This document shows, piece by piece, positions 1-13,425 of a stretch of 64,000 nt of DNA. The stretch spans positions 129,208,001-129,272,000 of the forward strand of contig OX597819.1 in NCBI GenBank assembly GCA_951406725.2, in the 5' to 3' direction. A model generated the notes under the pieces. The model made no database searches, had not been told where the DNA came from, and worked only from the letters and a program-made list of their open reading frames with translations. Source of the stretch: Octopus vulgaris. Lineage: Eukaryota. The position numbers were made by a program, and so were the translations under genes. Position 1 is the first letter of the stretch; every line of letters begins with the position of its first letter.

Positions 1-99
1 GCTATTGAAAACTCTACATCATATAAATTTTCTTCTTTCGACTTTAATGCGTAAATTCACAGATCTTCATAACATTGTCTCATTACGTTAAAAGTTCCG

Positions 100-300
100 A
101 AGGCGACGGGCAGCGCGCCAGGCAAAGTACATAGCGGCATTTGGTCTGGCTTTACGTTTTGTGTTCAAATTCCGATGAGGTCGACTTTACCTTTCAACAT
201 TTCGGGGTCGATAAAATAAGTACCAGTCGAGCACTGGAGTCGATGTAATCGGCTTACACCCCTCCCTGAAATTGCTAGCCTTGTGCCAAACTTTGAAACC
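100..300 (+). mobile_element. Degenerate tRNA-derived SINE (family A core, tail type B)
   Basis: B-box-like GTTCAAATTCC, core GTCGACTTTACCTTTCAACATTTCGGGGTCGATAAAATAAGTACC, tail CCTTGTGCCAAACTTTGAAACC; many homologs in the window. Confidence 0.8.
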
Positions 301-459
301 ATTATGTTAAAGGTTGTGTTTATATCTGATGTTATTCAAAGTTTAGGTCATTTAGCACACGAACATACAATCTTATCACAAGAAGAATAATATTTTAGAA
401 AATATTCTTTATTATTTACATTTAATTATATCTAAATATTATAGACACATACGCATGCA

Positions 460-516
<57 letters not shown>

Positions 517-584
517 AAAGACGAAGACAGAGGGTGTAAGCAACAAACAAATGTATTAGTATAACGCTCAGGAATTGAAAAAGT

Positions 585-620
585 CTTTAACGTTTCGAGC
601 CTACGCTCTTCTACAGAAAG
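585..620 (-). ncRNA. Minimal hammerhead-like motif (CUGUAGA core variant) in a short element next to (TA)n
   Basis: Minus strand: cttt CTGTAGA a GAGC gtag GCTC GAAAC GTT aaag; stem I cttt/aaag, stem II GAGC/GCTC, palindromic ACGT stem III; core A6 replaced by U. Confidence 0.55.
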
Positions 621-740
621 GAACACAGAAAGAAACAAGGAGAGAAAATAAAGAATGTGTAGTGGCTAGCGATCTATAATGGCGAATGTCGGACAGAAGG
701 GTCACACAGGAGAGCCAGGGAGAAGGGGAGATAATATATA

Positions 741-1604
741 GTCCCAGACTATTTATATTTAATAAAAAATAACTTATTTGCTTAATTTATAACACCATCT
801 TCGAAATAGTGAACTTGCGCAGCAATACAACGTTCCTAGCGTTCTTGCCACTTTTGGAATCCGGTTTGGGCGTTTACCGTAACTGAGTCGAGGACTTTCT
901 GCGGTTCGCTCTTGATCTTGACAACGGTGTAAAAAAGCGTCGACCTTTGAACTGCATTTTCATCTTGGGAAGAGATGGAAATCCGTAGGTGCTAAGTCTG
1001 GCGAATAAGGTGGGTGCCGAGGCGATAGCATGTTGTTTTTGGCGGGAGACGCACGTGTGAGGAGAGCTCGGTGGCAGGGTTCATTGTCATCGTGAAGAAT
1101 CCAATTCTTTGCACTCCACAGATCCCTTGCTTTCGCCGAATGTCCTCTCTGAAACGCTTCAAAACGTTGCAGTGGAACTCTCGATTGCCGGTCTGGCCCT
1201 GGGAGGCCAATTTGCAGATGTCGAAAAAAAAAGGATGAACATGCTCTTGATTGAGCTGGGGCTCTATCGTGCTGCTTTTGAAACATTGCGTACGACCCAT
1301 TGCCTCGTCGCCTTGAGCTTGCTGAAGCATTTTCAATGTCTTTGTAGCAGACTTCCCAAGTTTAACGCAAAATTTTACGTTTGTTCTTTGTTCCAACTTC
1401 CTGTTCATGACAAAAATCACAGACTACAGCATACAAGGGATCACAAAATCACAAATTTCACAACTTGCAAAGTATACACAGCGATGTCACTCGGCACACT
1501 GCCTCGTGAAGGTCATTGCTAGCTCTCACTGCGCATGCAACCGTGTGCTACCATCTGTTGGCGCGCTAAAGAACTAGCCCGGGAATTTTTTTATACCACC
1601 TAGT
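741..1604 (-). mobile_element. Internally deleted mariner (DD34D-type) transposon remnant
   Basis: Frameshifted fragments EQRTNVKFCVKLGKSATKTLKML, WILHDDNEPCH, HPPYSPDLAPTDFHLFP and FQKWQER*ERCIAAQVHYFE; TIR-like end TACTAGGTGGTATAAAAAAATTCCCGGGCT near 1604; other end truncated. Confidence 0.9.
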
Positions 1605-2401
1605 ATATCGTATTTCGTGTAGCAATGCTACAAATAAATCATCTGCATTTTTCCTTAATTCCTTCTAACAAACATGATCGATATGTGATTGCAACGAAAT
1701 ATTGCTAACGCGTCTCGTTTTTCTTTTTCTTTTTCTTCTTATCTTTCGTTATACGTATTTTGGCATCCAACCTTGATCGTTCAATCGCTTGCATGTTGAA
1801 AAACTTTCCTACTTGATAGAGTCACTGATGTGTTGATGGGTACTTTTCCATTACGAAAATAATACTTTTCTTTTCTCCTCGCATCATATTACCACATCGA
1901 TGACAAGACCCTGCTGCATGTGACGTGTTCAGAAGATTGTTTTCCATCTAAAAATGCAACTGCGGTTTCTTCTATCAATATGAACTTTTATAGAAATCTT
2001 TCATCAACTTTGTAACGGATAAAATATCTTAGACTGATGTTCTGGCCCTGAGCCTTAAGACGATACAAATTCTGTTATTCGTTGATCATTTCTTTTATAA
2101 GGTTAGATCAGATATGATTTTTGTTGACCCGCCTACGACTCGGGTCAGATGGGGTCATAGTTGACAACCCATTACATCCTGTTAAATACCATGTCATGGT
2201 GTAAATTATCCTGATAGAGTGTATGCTGTAGTAACGCGCACGTACACACACATACACACAAATATACATATATAGAAATATATGCACACTTATGTGTGTG
2301 TATATGATCGTATGTGTGTGTACGCATACGTGTATGCATGTGTGATGTGTATGTGTGCATGTGTGTGGGTACATGTGTGTGTGTACATGTGTGTGTCTGT
2401 G

Positions 2402-2458
<57 letters not shown>

Positions 2459-4152
2459 TGCCTCCTACAAAATCTGGCCTCATGCCTTTTTTTTTTATAA
2501 AGAAGATCAATATTTTAGCTTCTGGCAAAACCAGATAGTCTAGGATTGTGTTAATGTTTAATGAGACGATTAGCTAATTACTAAAAATACACAAATAAAG
2601 AAAATAAAAATGGATAATGAAGCATATAATAGTATATAATTAAATAAATAAATAAACAAAATATAATTATCAAACGAAAGAAATTGTTGTCTGATGCAAT
2701 TTAATTTTAATTAATAGATGTCATTAAATTTTTCTCTTTTTATTTGCACCTGAGTCACTGTTAAGCATATTTTTTTCATTTCTGTTTTTCTTCGTTTCAA
2801 ATCTTTTCTTTCGTTGCATAATAAATAATTCATGCTTTAATAAGATATTGTGAGACAAGTGCCACAGGATAAACAGAAATGAAAAATTCTCGGTAAACAA
2901 GTTAAGACTGTGTCCCAGTTTCGATCCCGTGTTGTAACTCGTTGAATCTTTGCCTTTTGTAGTTCACTCTATCCGAGTTTTCTCTATGAACATCACCTAT
3001 TGTCATTTTCTCTATTTTTACCTGTGTTTAATAGAAATACCTAATTGCTCATTGATTAATATATCTAATTACGAAAAATCAATCAGTTGCTATGATTTAT
3101 TACATTTAGGGTAATGAGTTGTTGTAAGTGTTATTTAACCCCAGGTTAGTCCAGATCAGGTAGACTTTTATTAAAGACAATCCAACCGTGACCACCTTAT
3201 TTTTAGACATACTGTATCCCGAACTGCATTATCTACAGCGTCCTTTTCCAAGATGACACGGTTTGCTTTAAGAGAGATATGGTCCCTATTTCTATCGGCT
3301 CCTGCATTGGTTCCAGAGTGGTGAGTTGGTAGAAACGATAGAGGGGTGGACAAAAATACCTTGTCATATTTTGTTATGGCTCGTTGCGTTCTGCTGGGGT
3401 CGAATCAACTTTGTTTTTAGTCTTCTTGTTTTGGGTAACATAAACCACCCAGTCAAGTGATCCACCTCCTTCGACTGGGAATCTATCCACCCCGAAAGGC
3501 TGAAAGGCAAAATTGACTTCAAACAACTGTCACAAGCAATGATTGGCACAATGGAATGTATATAGTCAACTAGATAAACTCCATGTATCTCGCTAAAACA
3601 AGGACACACTGTATAATATAGTCCAAGGTACACTGTGCCAAAAACTCAAGACGGATAAGCATGGCTGATTATTGCCTGCACTAAAATATTTCGTCTTGTA
3701 TCTAAATTGAGGCCTCATGATTATAGTTTTATTTCTATGGTGATCAGATGGAAATATTTACTAACATCTTGTCATGTTCTGAGTTCAAATTCTACCGTAG
3801 TTGACTTTTCCTTTCATTTCTTCAGTTAGGCGAAATTTTAAAGCGTTGAGGAAGATGCCCTAAGCAATCTGCTCTGGTTCTTTGTGTTCGAAGCTCAAAT
3901 TTCACCCAACTTTAATCATTTCCGTATGGTAGAATCCACTTCAATCCGCAATTGACCAGCATGGAAGGCTGACCTGAAATCAATATAGATAAATGGTGTT
4001 GATAGAAGGCCGTGGATTCATCCATCACTGAATCAAAAATCGAATGGATGGAGTTGAGATGAAATAAAATACTGGTTTCTTATGACTTGATGCATTGATT
4101 AAAATAAAAAGGAACCAAATAACTTTACGGCGAAGAATAAATGATGAGGCAA

Positions 4153-4374
4153 TACTCTCTCTTTTACTCTTTTACTTGTTTCAGTCATTTGACTGTGGCC
4201 ATGCCGGAGCACCGCCTTTAGTAGAGCAAATCGACCCCAGGACTTATTCTTTGTAAGCTCAGTACTCATTCTATCGGTCTCCTTTTACCAAACCGCTAAG
4301 TTACGGGAACGCAAACACACCACCATCGGTTGCCAAGCGATGTTGGGGAGGAGGGAACAAACACAGACACACAA

Positions 4375-4469
<95 letters not shown>

Positions 4470-4780
4470 AAGGAGCTTCTACAGGACTAGAACTGTTTCA
4501 TTCAAATGAAATCTTCAGGAAGAAATATATATTAATTTACTCTGCTATGTATTGAGTACCTTATTAACTGTGGTTAACCCCGACTCAACCCGGGACCTAC
4601 ATATATATATATATATATACGACGGGCTTCTTTCAGTTTCCGTCTACCAAATTCACTCACAAGGCTTTGGTCGGCCCAAGGCTATAGTAGAAGACACTTG
4701 CCCAAGGTGCCAAGCAATGGGAATGAACCCGGAACCATGTGGTTGGTAAGCAAGCTACTTACCACACAGCCACTCCTGCG
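4153..4780 (-). mobile_element. tRNA-derived CORE-type SINE (family B; octopus OR-like) with internal microsatellite
   Basis: Head GCAGGAGTGGCTGTGTGGTAAG...GGTTCATTCCC, CORE-like CCTTGGGCAAGTGTCTT, internal (TA)(TG) tract, AAGAGT tail; near-identical copy at 5035-5448. Confidence 0.9.
4476..4522 (-). ncRNA. Type I minimal hammerhead ribozyme, canonical core
   Basis: Minus strand: cttc CTGAAGA tTTCAttTGAAt GAAAC AG ttctagtc CT GTA gaag; all core residues present, GUA cleavage triplet, stem I cttc/gaag. Confidence 0.8.
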
Positions 4781-5034
4781 CAGTCTTGATAATTGAAACT
4801 CAAAAATCACTGTAGTCTCTGTTAATCAGAAAGAAACACCATTTTTCTGTTTTGTCTGTTACAAGATGAAATAGAAACTGGGGAAAGAAAGGAAAGGTGT
4901 TAATTCTTTCCCCAAGGCATAAATGAAAGAAGTGAAATACTTTTACTTTCACTTACAATCTGTATCGCAAAAGCAATCTTGACTTGCCAAGTGCTTTATA
5001 GCTTCTCCACAATGTCCCTTGTGGGGCACTTAAA

Positions 5035-5448
5035 ATACTCTTTTACTTGTTTCAGTCATTTGACTGCGGCCATGCTGGAGCACCGCCTTTAGTCGAGCAA
5101 ATCGACCCCGGGACTTATTCTTTGTAAGACCAGTACTTATTCTATCGGTCTCTTTTGCCGAACCGCTAAGTGACGGGGACGTAAGCATACCAGCATCGGT
5201 TGTCAAGCAATGCTAGGGGGACAAACACAGACACACACACACACACACGCACACACACATATATATATATATATACATATATACGACAGGCTTCTTTCAG
5301 TTTCCGTCTACCAAATCCACTCACAAGGCATTGGTCGGCCCGGGGCTATAGCAGAAGACACTTGCCCAAGATGCCACGCAGTGAGACTGAACCCGGAACC
5401 ATGTGGTTGGTTAGCAAGCTACTTACCACACAGCCACTCCTGCGCCTA
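5035..5448 (-). mobile_element. Full-length CORE-type SINE (family B)
   Basis: Complete tRNA-like head, CORE-like block, microsatellite and tail. Confidence 0.9.
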
Positions 5449-5680
5449 CTGTTGTATTGTTCCTATTTGATTTTGTTCTTTGTGTATTAGAAACTTCAAG
5501 TTATTCAAAATCTTAATATTGAGGCTTTACAGTGTCCATGGCCAAGACCTTAAGCTCTTCAAATGACACAGTTCCTTTTACTGTAACTCTTTAACTAATT
5601 GCTGATAGTCTTCTCACGTCCGAATGTGCTCGGGCGGGGTAAATATGACTTTGCATCAAAAGCATTTCTTCAGTTCTGTT

Positions 5681-5721
<41 letters not shown>

Positions 5722-6472
5722 CTGATAAATCGTGTTATTAAAGTAATTTCAGGTTGTTCATGTCTCTGATAAAAATAAAAAAAACACCAGTTTTATTTAT
5801 TTGTTGGTGGTGGTAGTGATGCTGCTCGCTACCGGTTAAGCTCTAATGGAGAAGACTTACAAGAAAAGGCAATCCACCCTTGACCAGCCCGAGACTTTTT
5901 GTACAGGGGTGGGATTATTTAGTGCTGCACCATTTTCTCGTTGGGCGGTAACACGTTTTTTCGAGGAAGAATAGGCTGTTATGTCGTCCTCGTAGCATAA
6001 CCAATCAACAACCACACACAAAAAAATTTCTATCGAACATGAGTCTCTCAAGGAGCATCTATACCTGGTCACTCGACCTGCTAGTAATAGCAGCCGAATT
6101 TCCTTTCAATTACATATCCTAAATAAAAGAAGTTATTGGTTAATGTATTTCCTAGAAACTCTGTTTGAAAACAAATATTGATCACTCGTTGTACAACAGC
6201 AAAAGAGAAAACGAGAATCAGAATCATTTATATCCTACTGGAGGAAGGTGGTCACGGTAGGAATCAATAAAGAATAAAGGTTCAGTGGAATATGGATATA
6301 TGATTTATTAGAACCAAGAAAAGTCACAGGATCGGCTTTAATGGATTGTTTTTTAAGTTAATGATAATGAGTGAATTTGTTTTGCTCGAAAGTATAATGT
6401 CACTACGTAACGTCAGTTAATAAGACATTTGATGCAGTTATTTTGTTAGGGTTATTTCCACAGAAATTATTA

Positions 6473-6705
6473 TATTTCTTTATTGCACACAAGGGGCTAA
6501 ACATAGAGGGGACAAACAAGGACAGACAAAGGGATTAAGTCAATTATATCGACCCCAGTGCGTAACTAGTACTAAATTTATCCACCCCGAAAGGATGAAA
6601 GGCAAAGTCGACCTCGGCGGAATTTGAACTCAGAACGTAGCGGCAGACGAAATACCGCGAAGCATTTCGTCCGGCGTGCTAGCAATTCTACCAGCTTGCC
6701 GCCTT
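6473..6705 (-). mobile_element. Full-length tRNA-derived SINE family A (Meta/MESC-like core, tail A)
   Basis: AAGGCGGC head, core GCCTTTCATCCTTTCGGGG, end AAAGAAATA; TSD ACAGAAATTATT on both sides. Confidence 0.9.
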
Positions 6706-7214
6706 TTCTACAGAAATTATTGGCCAGCACTGATTTTTTGTTACAACGTTTCGAGACGTCAGATGTAAACAAACAATGAAATCGGAGCCAAAAACGCGCA
6801 ATGAGGGTATAATGGCATATTTCATCAGCACTCATCTAACCCACTCAGCCTTTCGAACACGTTGTTTATACAGCCACCGCATACAGCGGTGTAAAGTTAT
6901 TGGCTGTAATAGTTTACATATTAAACGCATTCCTGGGGATGGTTTGTAAATATTAAAGACTTGTAGACGTGGAATTTTGTTATGCTACTATGATATACTA
7001 TAAAGTATATTAAATGTTTTTTATGAGTCCACACCACATCCTATTGTATTAGCAGTGCTCTTTACATTGTTTTGTTAGGGTTATATCGACAGACATTTTA
7101 GCCAGCTCTGAGGTTTTGCTACAACGTTTCGTATCAAGACGTCAGATGTAAACAGATCGGAGACAGAAATGGTTAATGAATGTATATGCCATATTTCTTT
7201 AAATGTTATTGGTA

Positions 7215-7595
7215 ATGAGCATGCCTGTGTGGTTAAGAAGCTTGCTTAGTATTCACATGTTTCCGGGTTCAGTCCTACTGCGCGGCACTTTGGTTAAATG
7301 CCATTTACTGTATTCCTCGGCCGATCGATTTCTTGTGTGAATTTGATAGATATAGGCTGTATGGAAACTCTTCGCATACGTGTATGCGTGTATGCGTGTG
7401 CCTGTTGCTCACCGCTTGAAAACTGGTGTTGGTTTGTTTACGTCCTCATGATTTAGCGATTCGGCAAAAAAAAAAGAAAAACGAAAAATAAGAACCAGAC
7501 TTAAAATAATATTGCGAGGGATTTGATCGGTTTTAAAACCCTGCAAAGTGATGCAACGACATGGCTGCTGTTCAACAACTGAAACGAATAAAGGA
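7215..7595 (+). mobile_element. Degenerate CORE-type SINE (family B)
   Basis: GTGTGGTTAAGAAGCTTGCTT head and TTTAGCGATTCGGCAAAA 3' block. Confidence 0.7.
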
Positions 7596-7956
7596 GTTCA
7601 AAGGAGTTCCTGAAATTAGCTATTTCATCTTTAAATATGAAAAATTTAATTTATTAGGTTTTCATTATATACAATTATTTATAGAGATTATATTAGATCT
7701 TGATTATAATATTTATATATATTTTCATTGATAATTTATATATATTAGTCATTTTAAATATTTATGTAATTAGATATAGACTAATATTGATATTAGAATA
7801 TGGGTTTTCTACCTTATAAATTAAAGTTAATATTTAACATTATAGTCGATTTCGATATAATCATATTTAATAATAGAGTTTATTATAAGTAAAATTATTA
7901 TATTATATATATTATTTATATCTTAAAAATATTGATTATATTTTAGATATTTAAAC

Positions 7957-8017
7957 CACCTGATGAATGACTGCGACTCAAAAACTTGAAGACAGCAGAC
8001 ATGAAACGATCGTAGTG
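7957..8017 (+). ncRNA. Type I minimal hammerhead ribozyme, canonical core (PLE pseudo-LTR-like element)
   Basis: cac CTGATGA ATGaCTGC...GCAGaCAT GAAAC GATC GTA gtg; palindromic ACGATCGT stem III; downstream tail shared with 31770-32070. Confidence 0.85.
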
Positions 8018-8179
8018 TGATATTAATTATATATTTTTAATAATTTTGTTACATATTTAAATAATATAAATTAATCATATGTATTGGCTTAAGTTTTTCA
8101 TTGTTTGATTTGCCTAATAGTGGTTTTGTCTCTAATTTAATATAATATACATATATATACATTATATATATATATACAT

Positions 8180-8230
<51 letters not shown>

Positions 8231-8440
8231 ATGTATATATGTATGTATGTATGTATGTGTTTCCGTGGTTTTGTTTTTATATTTCGTTTCTCATTCTGTT
8301 CGACATTTTTTTGGTGTCCTGCACCCATACATGCATGGATATATACATATAGATGTAGGTACGTACATATATGTATGTATATATGCATATGTTTTATTTA
8401 TTATTTTGTTATTATAAATATATATATATATATATATATA

Positions 8441-8837
8441 TCTTTATATATAAAAGTGAGGTTGTGTGCTGTCTGTCTCCTATGATTTAGATTCCTAACT
8501 ACTCCCACATTTTGCGGTGCAGTGTAACCAAAAGCGAGTATCTTATAGTCGTGATTCATATCGAGCCCTTCTGGGTATTAGCGCGCGTCTACGATGAGTC
8601 TACGATTTAAAAAAAATTTACCATCAATTTTTCCCATTTTTAATGCATTTTTGGCATATATAAGGGAAGTAACTCTCTAAAAAATTATTATTAAATCTCA
8701 GAACGTAAAAAGCTACAGTAACACCCCCCCCCTTTGTGGTTAGCAATATTGAGATGGCTATTATACTTTACATCTCTAAAAATGCTTATGTAGTTATTTC
8801 CCTTACAAACCCGAGCAACGCCGGGCGATACTGCTAG
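8441..8837 (+). mobile_element. Non-autonomous Helitron
   Basis: 5' TC, 3' CTAG, inserted between A and T, subterminal GC-rich hairpin-like CCCGAGCAACGCCGGG; first ~240 bp homologous to the 5' end of 32281-33112. Confidence 0.9.
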
Positions 8838-9239
8838 TAAGATATATATACCATTATAGCAAAGCAATCCTTCGAGTTTCTCCATCTATTTTAGTAACTT
8901 TGGATGGAAGAAGTCGAACTCATAGAAAAAATGTCACACAAAAAGTTCAATAAATAACTTTGTTTTTCTGTTTTGTAGTTTCATTGCTTTATTTAAAACT
9001 ATAAATAATATCCTTTTTTTTTACATAAGTTCAACGCCATTACACAAATCTAGCTGTTAATATGTACGAATCATGCATTATCAGTAAATAAGTCACTTGA
9101 AATATTATTTACTTAGCTAATTCAACTATATTGTTTACGGTAATGAAATAAAATACGATTTGCCCCTCCATCCCCGTGGCTTTGCTTGCTAACCAAACTT
9201 CTGACTACTTCCGTTCACCGATTTACCAGGAACAAAAGA

Positions 9240-9470
9240 GACTTCATGTGGTCATTCAACCCGTTAGAAATAACTATGAAATCTTCCTCTGGCCACACCT
9301 TACAGTCTTAAATGAAAAAGTAGAGAATCGATAATGCGGTCCTGGATACCAATATAAAAACAAGGAGGGGACACGCGCACACATACATACATGCATAGAG
9401 AGAAAGTGTTAGAATGCTTTTGATCATAGGTCAGTTCGATCAGGGTTGATCTGGAACTAAACAACAAGTG
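9240..9470 (+). mobile_element. Abundant (CAA)n-tailed interspersed repeat (SINE or LINE 3' end); >10 decayed copies in window
   Basis: Consensus blocks TCGACCTGCTAGAAATAGCAGCCAAATC and TTTGATCATAGGTC..GATCAGGG.TGA.C.GG..CTAAACAAC recur at about 3130, 6060, 20350, 41090, 42330, 53205, 53540, 54610, 55390 and 63830. Confidence 0.7.
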
Positions 9471-9644
9471 ATCAAGACTCATTATTCGTGAGAAATTAAT
9501 TATCGATACCAGGAATGAATAATATGACGGAAGATGTGCAGGAAGTGGCAGAATTAATTAAAATATTAAAGGTTCGTGATGTATAAAGGCATCAAGGAGA
9601 AACTATGGAGAATTGAATAAATATGGTTAAATCAAGCAGACCGT

Positions 9645-9691
<47 letters not shown>

Positions 9692-9720
9692 GAGAGAGAG
9701 GGAGAGAGGGAAAGAGAGAG

Positions 9721-9759
<39 letters not shown>

Positions 9760-10190
9760 AACTGAAGAATTATGCGCAATGAACAGAATAGAAAAAGTAA
9801 AAAAAAAAATGAGATTATTAAAGCAATTGCAATGCAATTTTATAGTTTTAATAATAATTTCTTTTGATTAGGTATTTGATTGGCAGAATCTGAAGAGCAT
9901 CTGACCAAATGCTCTGTGGTATTCAATTTTCGCTTGCTCGCATTCTGAGTTCAAATTTCGCTGGGGGGGGTCAACTCTTTGCCTTTCATCGTGTCGGGGG
10001 AGGAGCTCGATAAAATGATGCAACGGTCAGGTACTAGGATCGATTTAATCAATTATACCCATTCCCCCAAATCTGAAGCATTTTGTCTTTTATCAGAAAT
10101 CAATGTTAAATGATATTTTACGATCTCAGTTCAAATCCCGCAATGAAATCTCTCTGTAGTCAATAAAATACAGGATCAATCAAACCCTGG

Positions 10191-10343
<153 letters not shown>

Positions 10344-10557
10344 CACTTATTTTATTCAACAGAGGAGAATAAAAGACAATGTCGACCTGGGCAGGATTTG
10401 AACTCAGAATGCAATACTGACATTTAAATTTTTCTTTTTTTTTTTTTTGCAAATACTAGAGAAGAAATATTTCTAGTTGAGATCTTGACCAAATTCTCGT
10501 TCTTCGTGATATGAGTGATATAAGTAAAGTAAATTTCAATTATATCGCTCAGACCGT

Positions 10558-10790
10558 AAGGCGGCGAGCTGGCAGAATCGTTAGCACGCCAGGCGAAATG
10601 CGTAGTCGTATTTCGTCTGCCGTTACGTTCTGAGTTCAAATTCCGCCGACGTCGACTTTGCCTTTCATCCTTTCGGGGTCGATAAATTAAGTACCACTTA
10701 CGCACTGGGGTTGATGTAATCGACTTAATACCTTTGTTTGTCCTTGTTTGTCCCCTCTATGTTTAACCCCTTGTGGGTAATAAAGAAATA
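10558..10790 (+). mobile_element. Full-length SINE family A (tail A)
   Basis: Complete head, core and tail; imperfect TSD TAT(C/A)GCTCA(G/T)ACC-like on both sides. Confidence 0.9.
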
Positions 10791-11901
10791 TATATAACGC
10801 TCATACCATTAGAAAATGCCTGAATGCCTCAATATTCAAATTCTTATTTATCCTTTAACCAATATTGATGGGTGGTGGTGGAGACTAGGCATAAGGTTAA
10901 CTTTTGCAAGCAGAACTTTGTGGGTCCTCAAAATATCTTGTAGTAAGTTAGGTTTTTTTACAGATTCAAATCCCACTGCAGCCAACTTTATCATCCATCT
11001 TTTCGGGGTCAATGCAATCAACGGTTTCGCCCTATTCCCTACTTGAAATTTCTTGCTTTATGTATATCTAAGAAATCATTCGCACAACTAAACAACGAGG
11101 AACAACCTCAGCTTTGACGAAACTGATAAACAGGGGACACAGGTTTCTAACTTAGGCATAAACCAGCAATTTTGTGAGGGGGTATCGATAATTAATTTCT
11201 CACGAATAATGAGTCTTGATCAGTTGTTGTTTAGTTCCAGATCAACCCTGATCGAACTGACCTATGATCAAACGCATTCTAACACTTCCTCTCTATGTGT
11301 GTGCGTGTCCCCTCCTATGTTAATTGAATAAATTCAGCAACTTGATTGGTACATTATTTTATCGACCCCGAAAGGATGAAAAACAAAGTTAACCTCGGTG
11401 GACGTAAAGATCGGGAAGAAATACCGTCAAACATTTTCTCGAACATTCTAACAATTTTGTCTGTCCACCATCATATTTTCTGAATTTGGCTTTAAACCAG
11501 CAGATTTAGGGTGAAAGTTGATCCCGTCAAACTGAATACTTGATTGGGAGTTTATTTTACCGCCTCCGGGGGGGATGAAAGCAAAGTTTATTAGTGAGAT
11601 ATGAATTCAGACCGCGAAGAGCCGGAACCAATATCACGAGGCATTTTATACGACGCTCGAACGATTCTCCCAACTCGTCGTCTTTGAACAGGCGTTAAAT
11701 AACAAAAATGATAACAACAACAGCTTTATAGTTTCAAAACTAGCATTCATAAAGGAGAAAGATTGAAATTCTAAGGGACATTTTTGACGTTTCTTCAAAA
11801 TATTTTTCGCTTGAGCCAAATGAATTGGCTTGAACCAAGAATTGAAACCAGCCTGGTTGTTGGTTCTAAACACCAGAGATCTTTTCTTGATGTACAATGC
11901 T

Positions 11902-12006
<105 letters not shown>

Positions 12007-12532
12007 CACACACGTACACACACACATACACACACACACGCACGCACACACAGCTAAGATAAAATATAAACCCACAATTCTTACAATTGCAGACGACCGA
12101 CATCGATCGTATTCGCAAGATCGGAGTATAATCAATTAAAACGCGGTCCCTATCTCTTCTCCAGTACATGACTGATACTAAATTTATGCTTCTAAACTGT
12201 CTGATGAACAATTAAATTAACTTTGGACGAATTTGTTCACAGAACCTCCAAGGAAATGAATGGTGTCGGGCATTTAATCCAGCGTTCCAGCCATTCTGTC
12301 AAACAAGCACTACCTTCTTCAGAAATAATCTTAAAAATACTTTTGACAAGAACAACTTTCCTATTAAACTTAATCTGTCCTAATCCATGATTACACGATT
12401 GTTTTACTAAGCCGGCGGATGTTTGCGTTAAGGGAAGGAGCTGTACAGTTCGGCATACGACTAGTATTGGTACTTTGATACTCAAAGACAAAGATAAATG
12501 TTCTTTACTATGTCTTTTGTCTTTAATCTTTA

Positions 12533-13233
12533 ACCTTTTGTCTTTTACTCGCTTTAGTCATCGGATTGCGGCCGTGCTTTGGCATCGCCTTCAAGGGTTC
12601 GATCGAACTAATCGACTCCAGTACATATATTTTTCTCTAATCTTGATACTTATTGTATCGGTCTCTTTCTGTCATACCACCAAGTTACGAGGACGTACAC
12701 AAACCAACACCGGTTGTGAAGCGGTGAGTGTTCAACACTGCATTGGTGAATAAATATTCATTTGTGGTTTAACAAGGATGCCATTGGTTTCATGCCGAAA
12801 GGAATTTCTCTACAATTTCAAAGTTTGCCACATGAAACACTTGGGGGTTTGTCTCCTTCTTCGTACATTCTCAGCCAGGATAGAGATGAGTACAACGTTC
12901 TATGGTGGCAGGTTTAAGAATTGCTGAGAGACTTTTCTCAGCACGAAACCAATGGTAGCCTTGTTAACCCACAAGTGTGTATGTGTGTGTGCATATATGT
13001 GTGTGCGTTTGCATATATATGTGTATGTGTGTGTGTGTGTATGTATTTATGTATGTATAAATTTATATATATATATAAATATATATAAATTTATAGATAT
13101 ATGTATATATAAATTTATGTATATATATATGTATATATATGTGTGTATATATATAAATTTATGTATATATATATATATTTATATATATGTATATAAAAAT
13201 TTATGTATAATTATATATATATATAAATTTATG

Positions 13234-13269
<36 letters not shown>

Positions 13270-13425
13270 CACATACATATATATAAATTTGTGTGTGTGT
13301 GTAAACGGCGAGCCTCTTTCAGTTTCCACTGTCTGGGGCTATAATTGAAGACACTTACCCAAGGTGGGACGCAGTGGCATTGAATCCAGAATCATGTGGT
13401 TGGGAAGCAAACTTCTTACCACCCA
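12533..13425 (-). mobile_element. CORE-type SINE (family B) split by a MITE and an expanded TA/TG tract
   Basis: 3' half at 12533-12730 and head half at 13305-13425, same orientation. Confidence 0.65.
12762..12974. mobile_element. MITE with ~45-bp imperfect TIRs
   Basis: Left TTGTGGTTTAACAAGGATGCCATTGGTTTCATGC; reverse complement of right end TTGTGGGTTAACAAGGCTACCATTGGTTTCGTGC. Confidence 0.75.

Noticed and set aside
1780-1975. Merlin/IS1595-like transposase N-terminus (EETAVAF..MENNLL..CHRCGNMM, minus strand)
   Set aside because: Only a CxxC motif and vague similarity; needs BLASTX
6440-7200. Old ~390-bp-period direct duplication containing CTGACG...GAAACGTT (minus strand) as a retrozyme-like repeat
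   Set aside because: The duplication is real, but A9, stem II and the stem I register are missing
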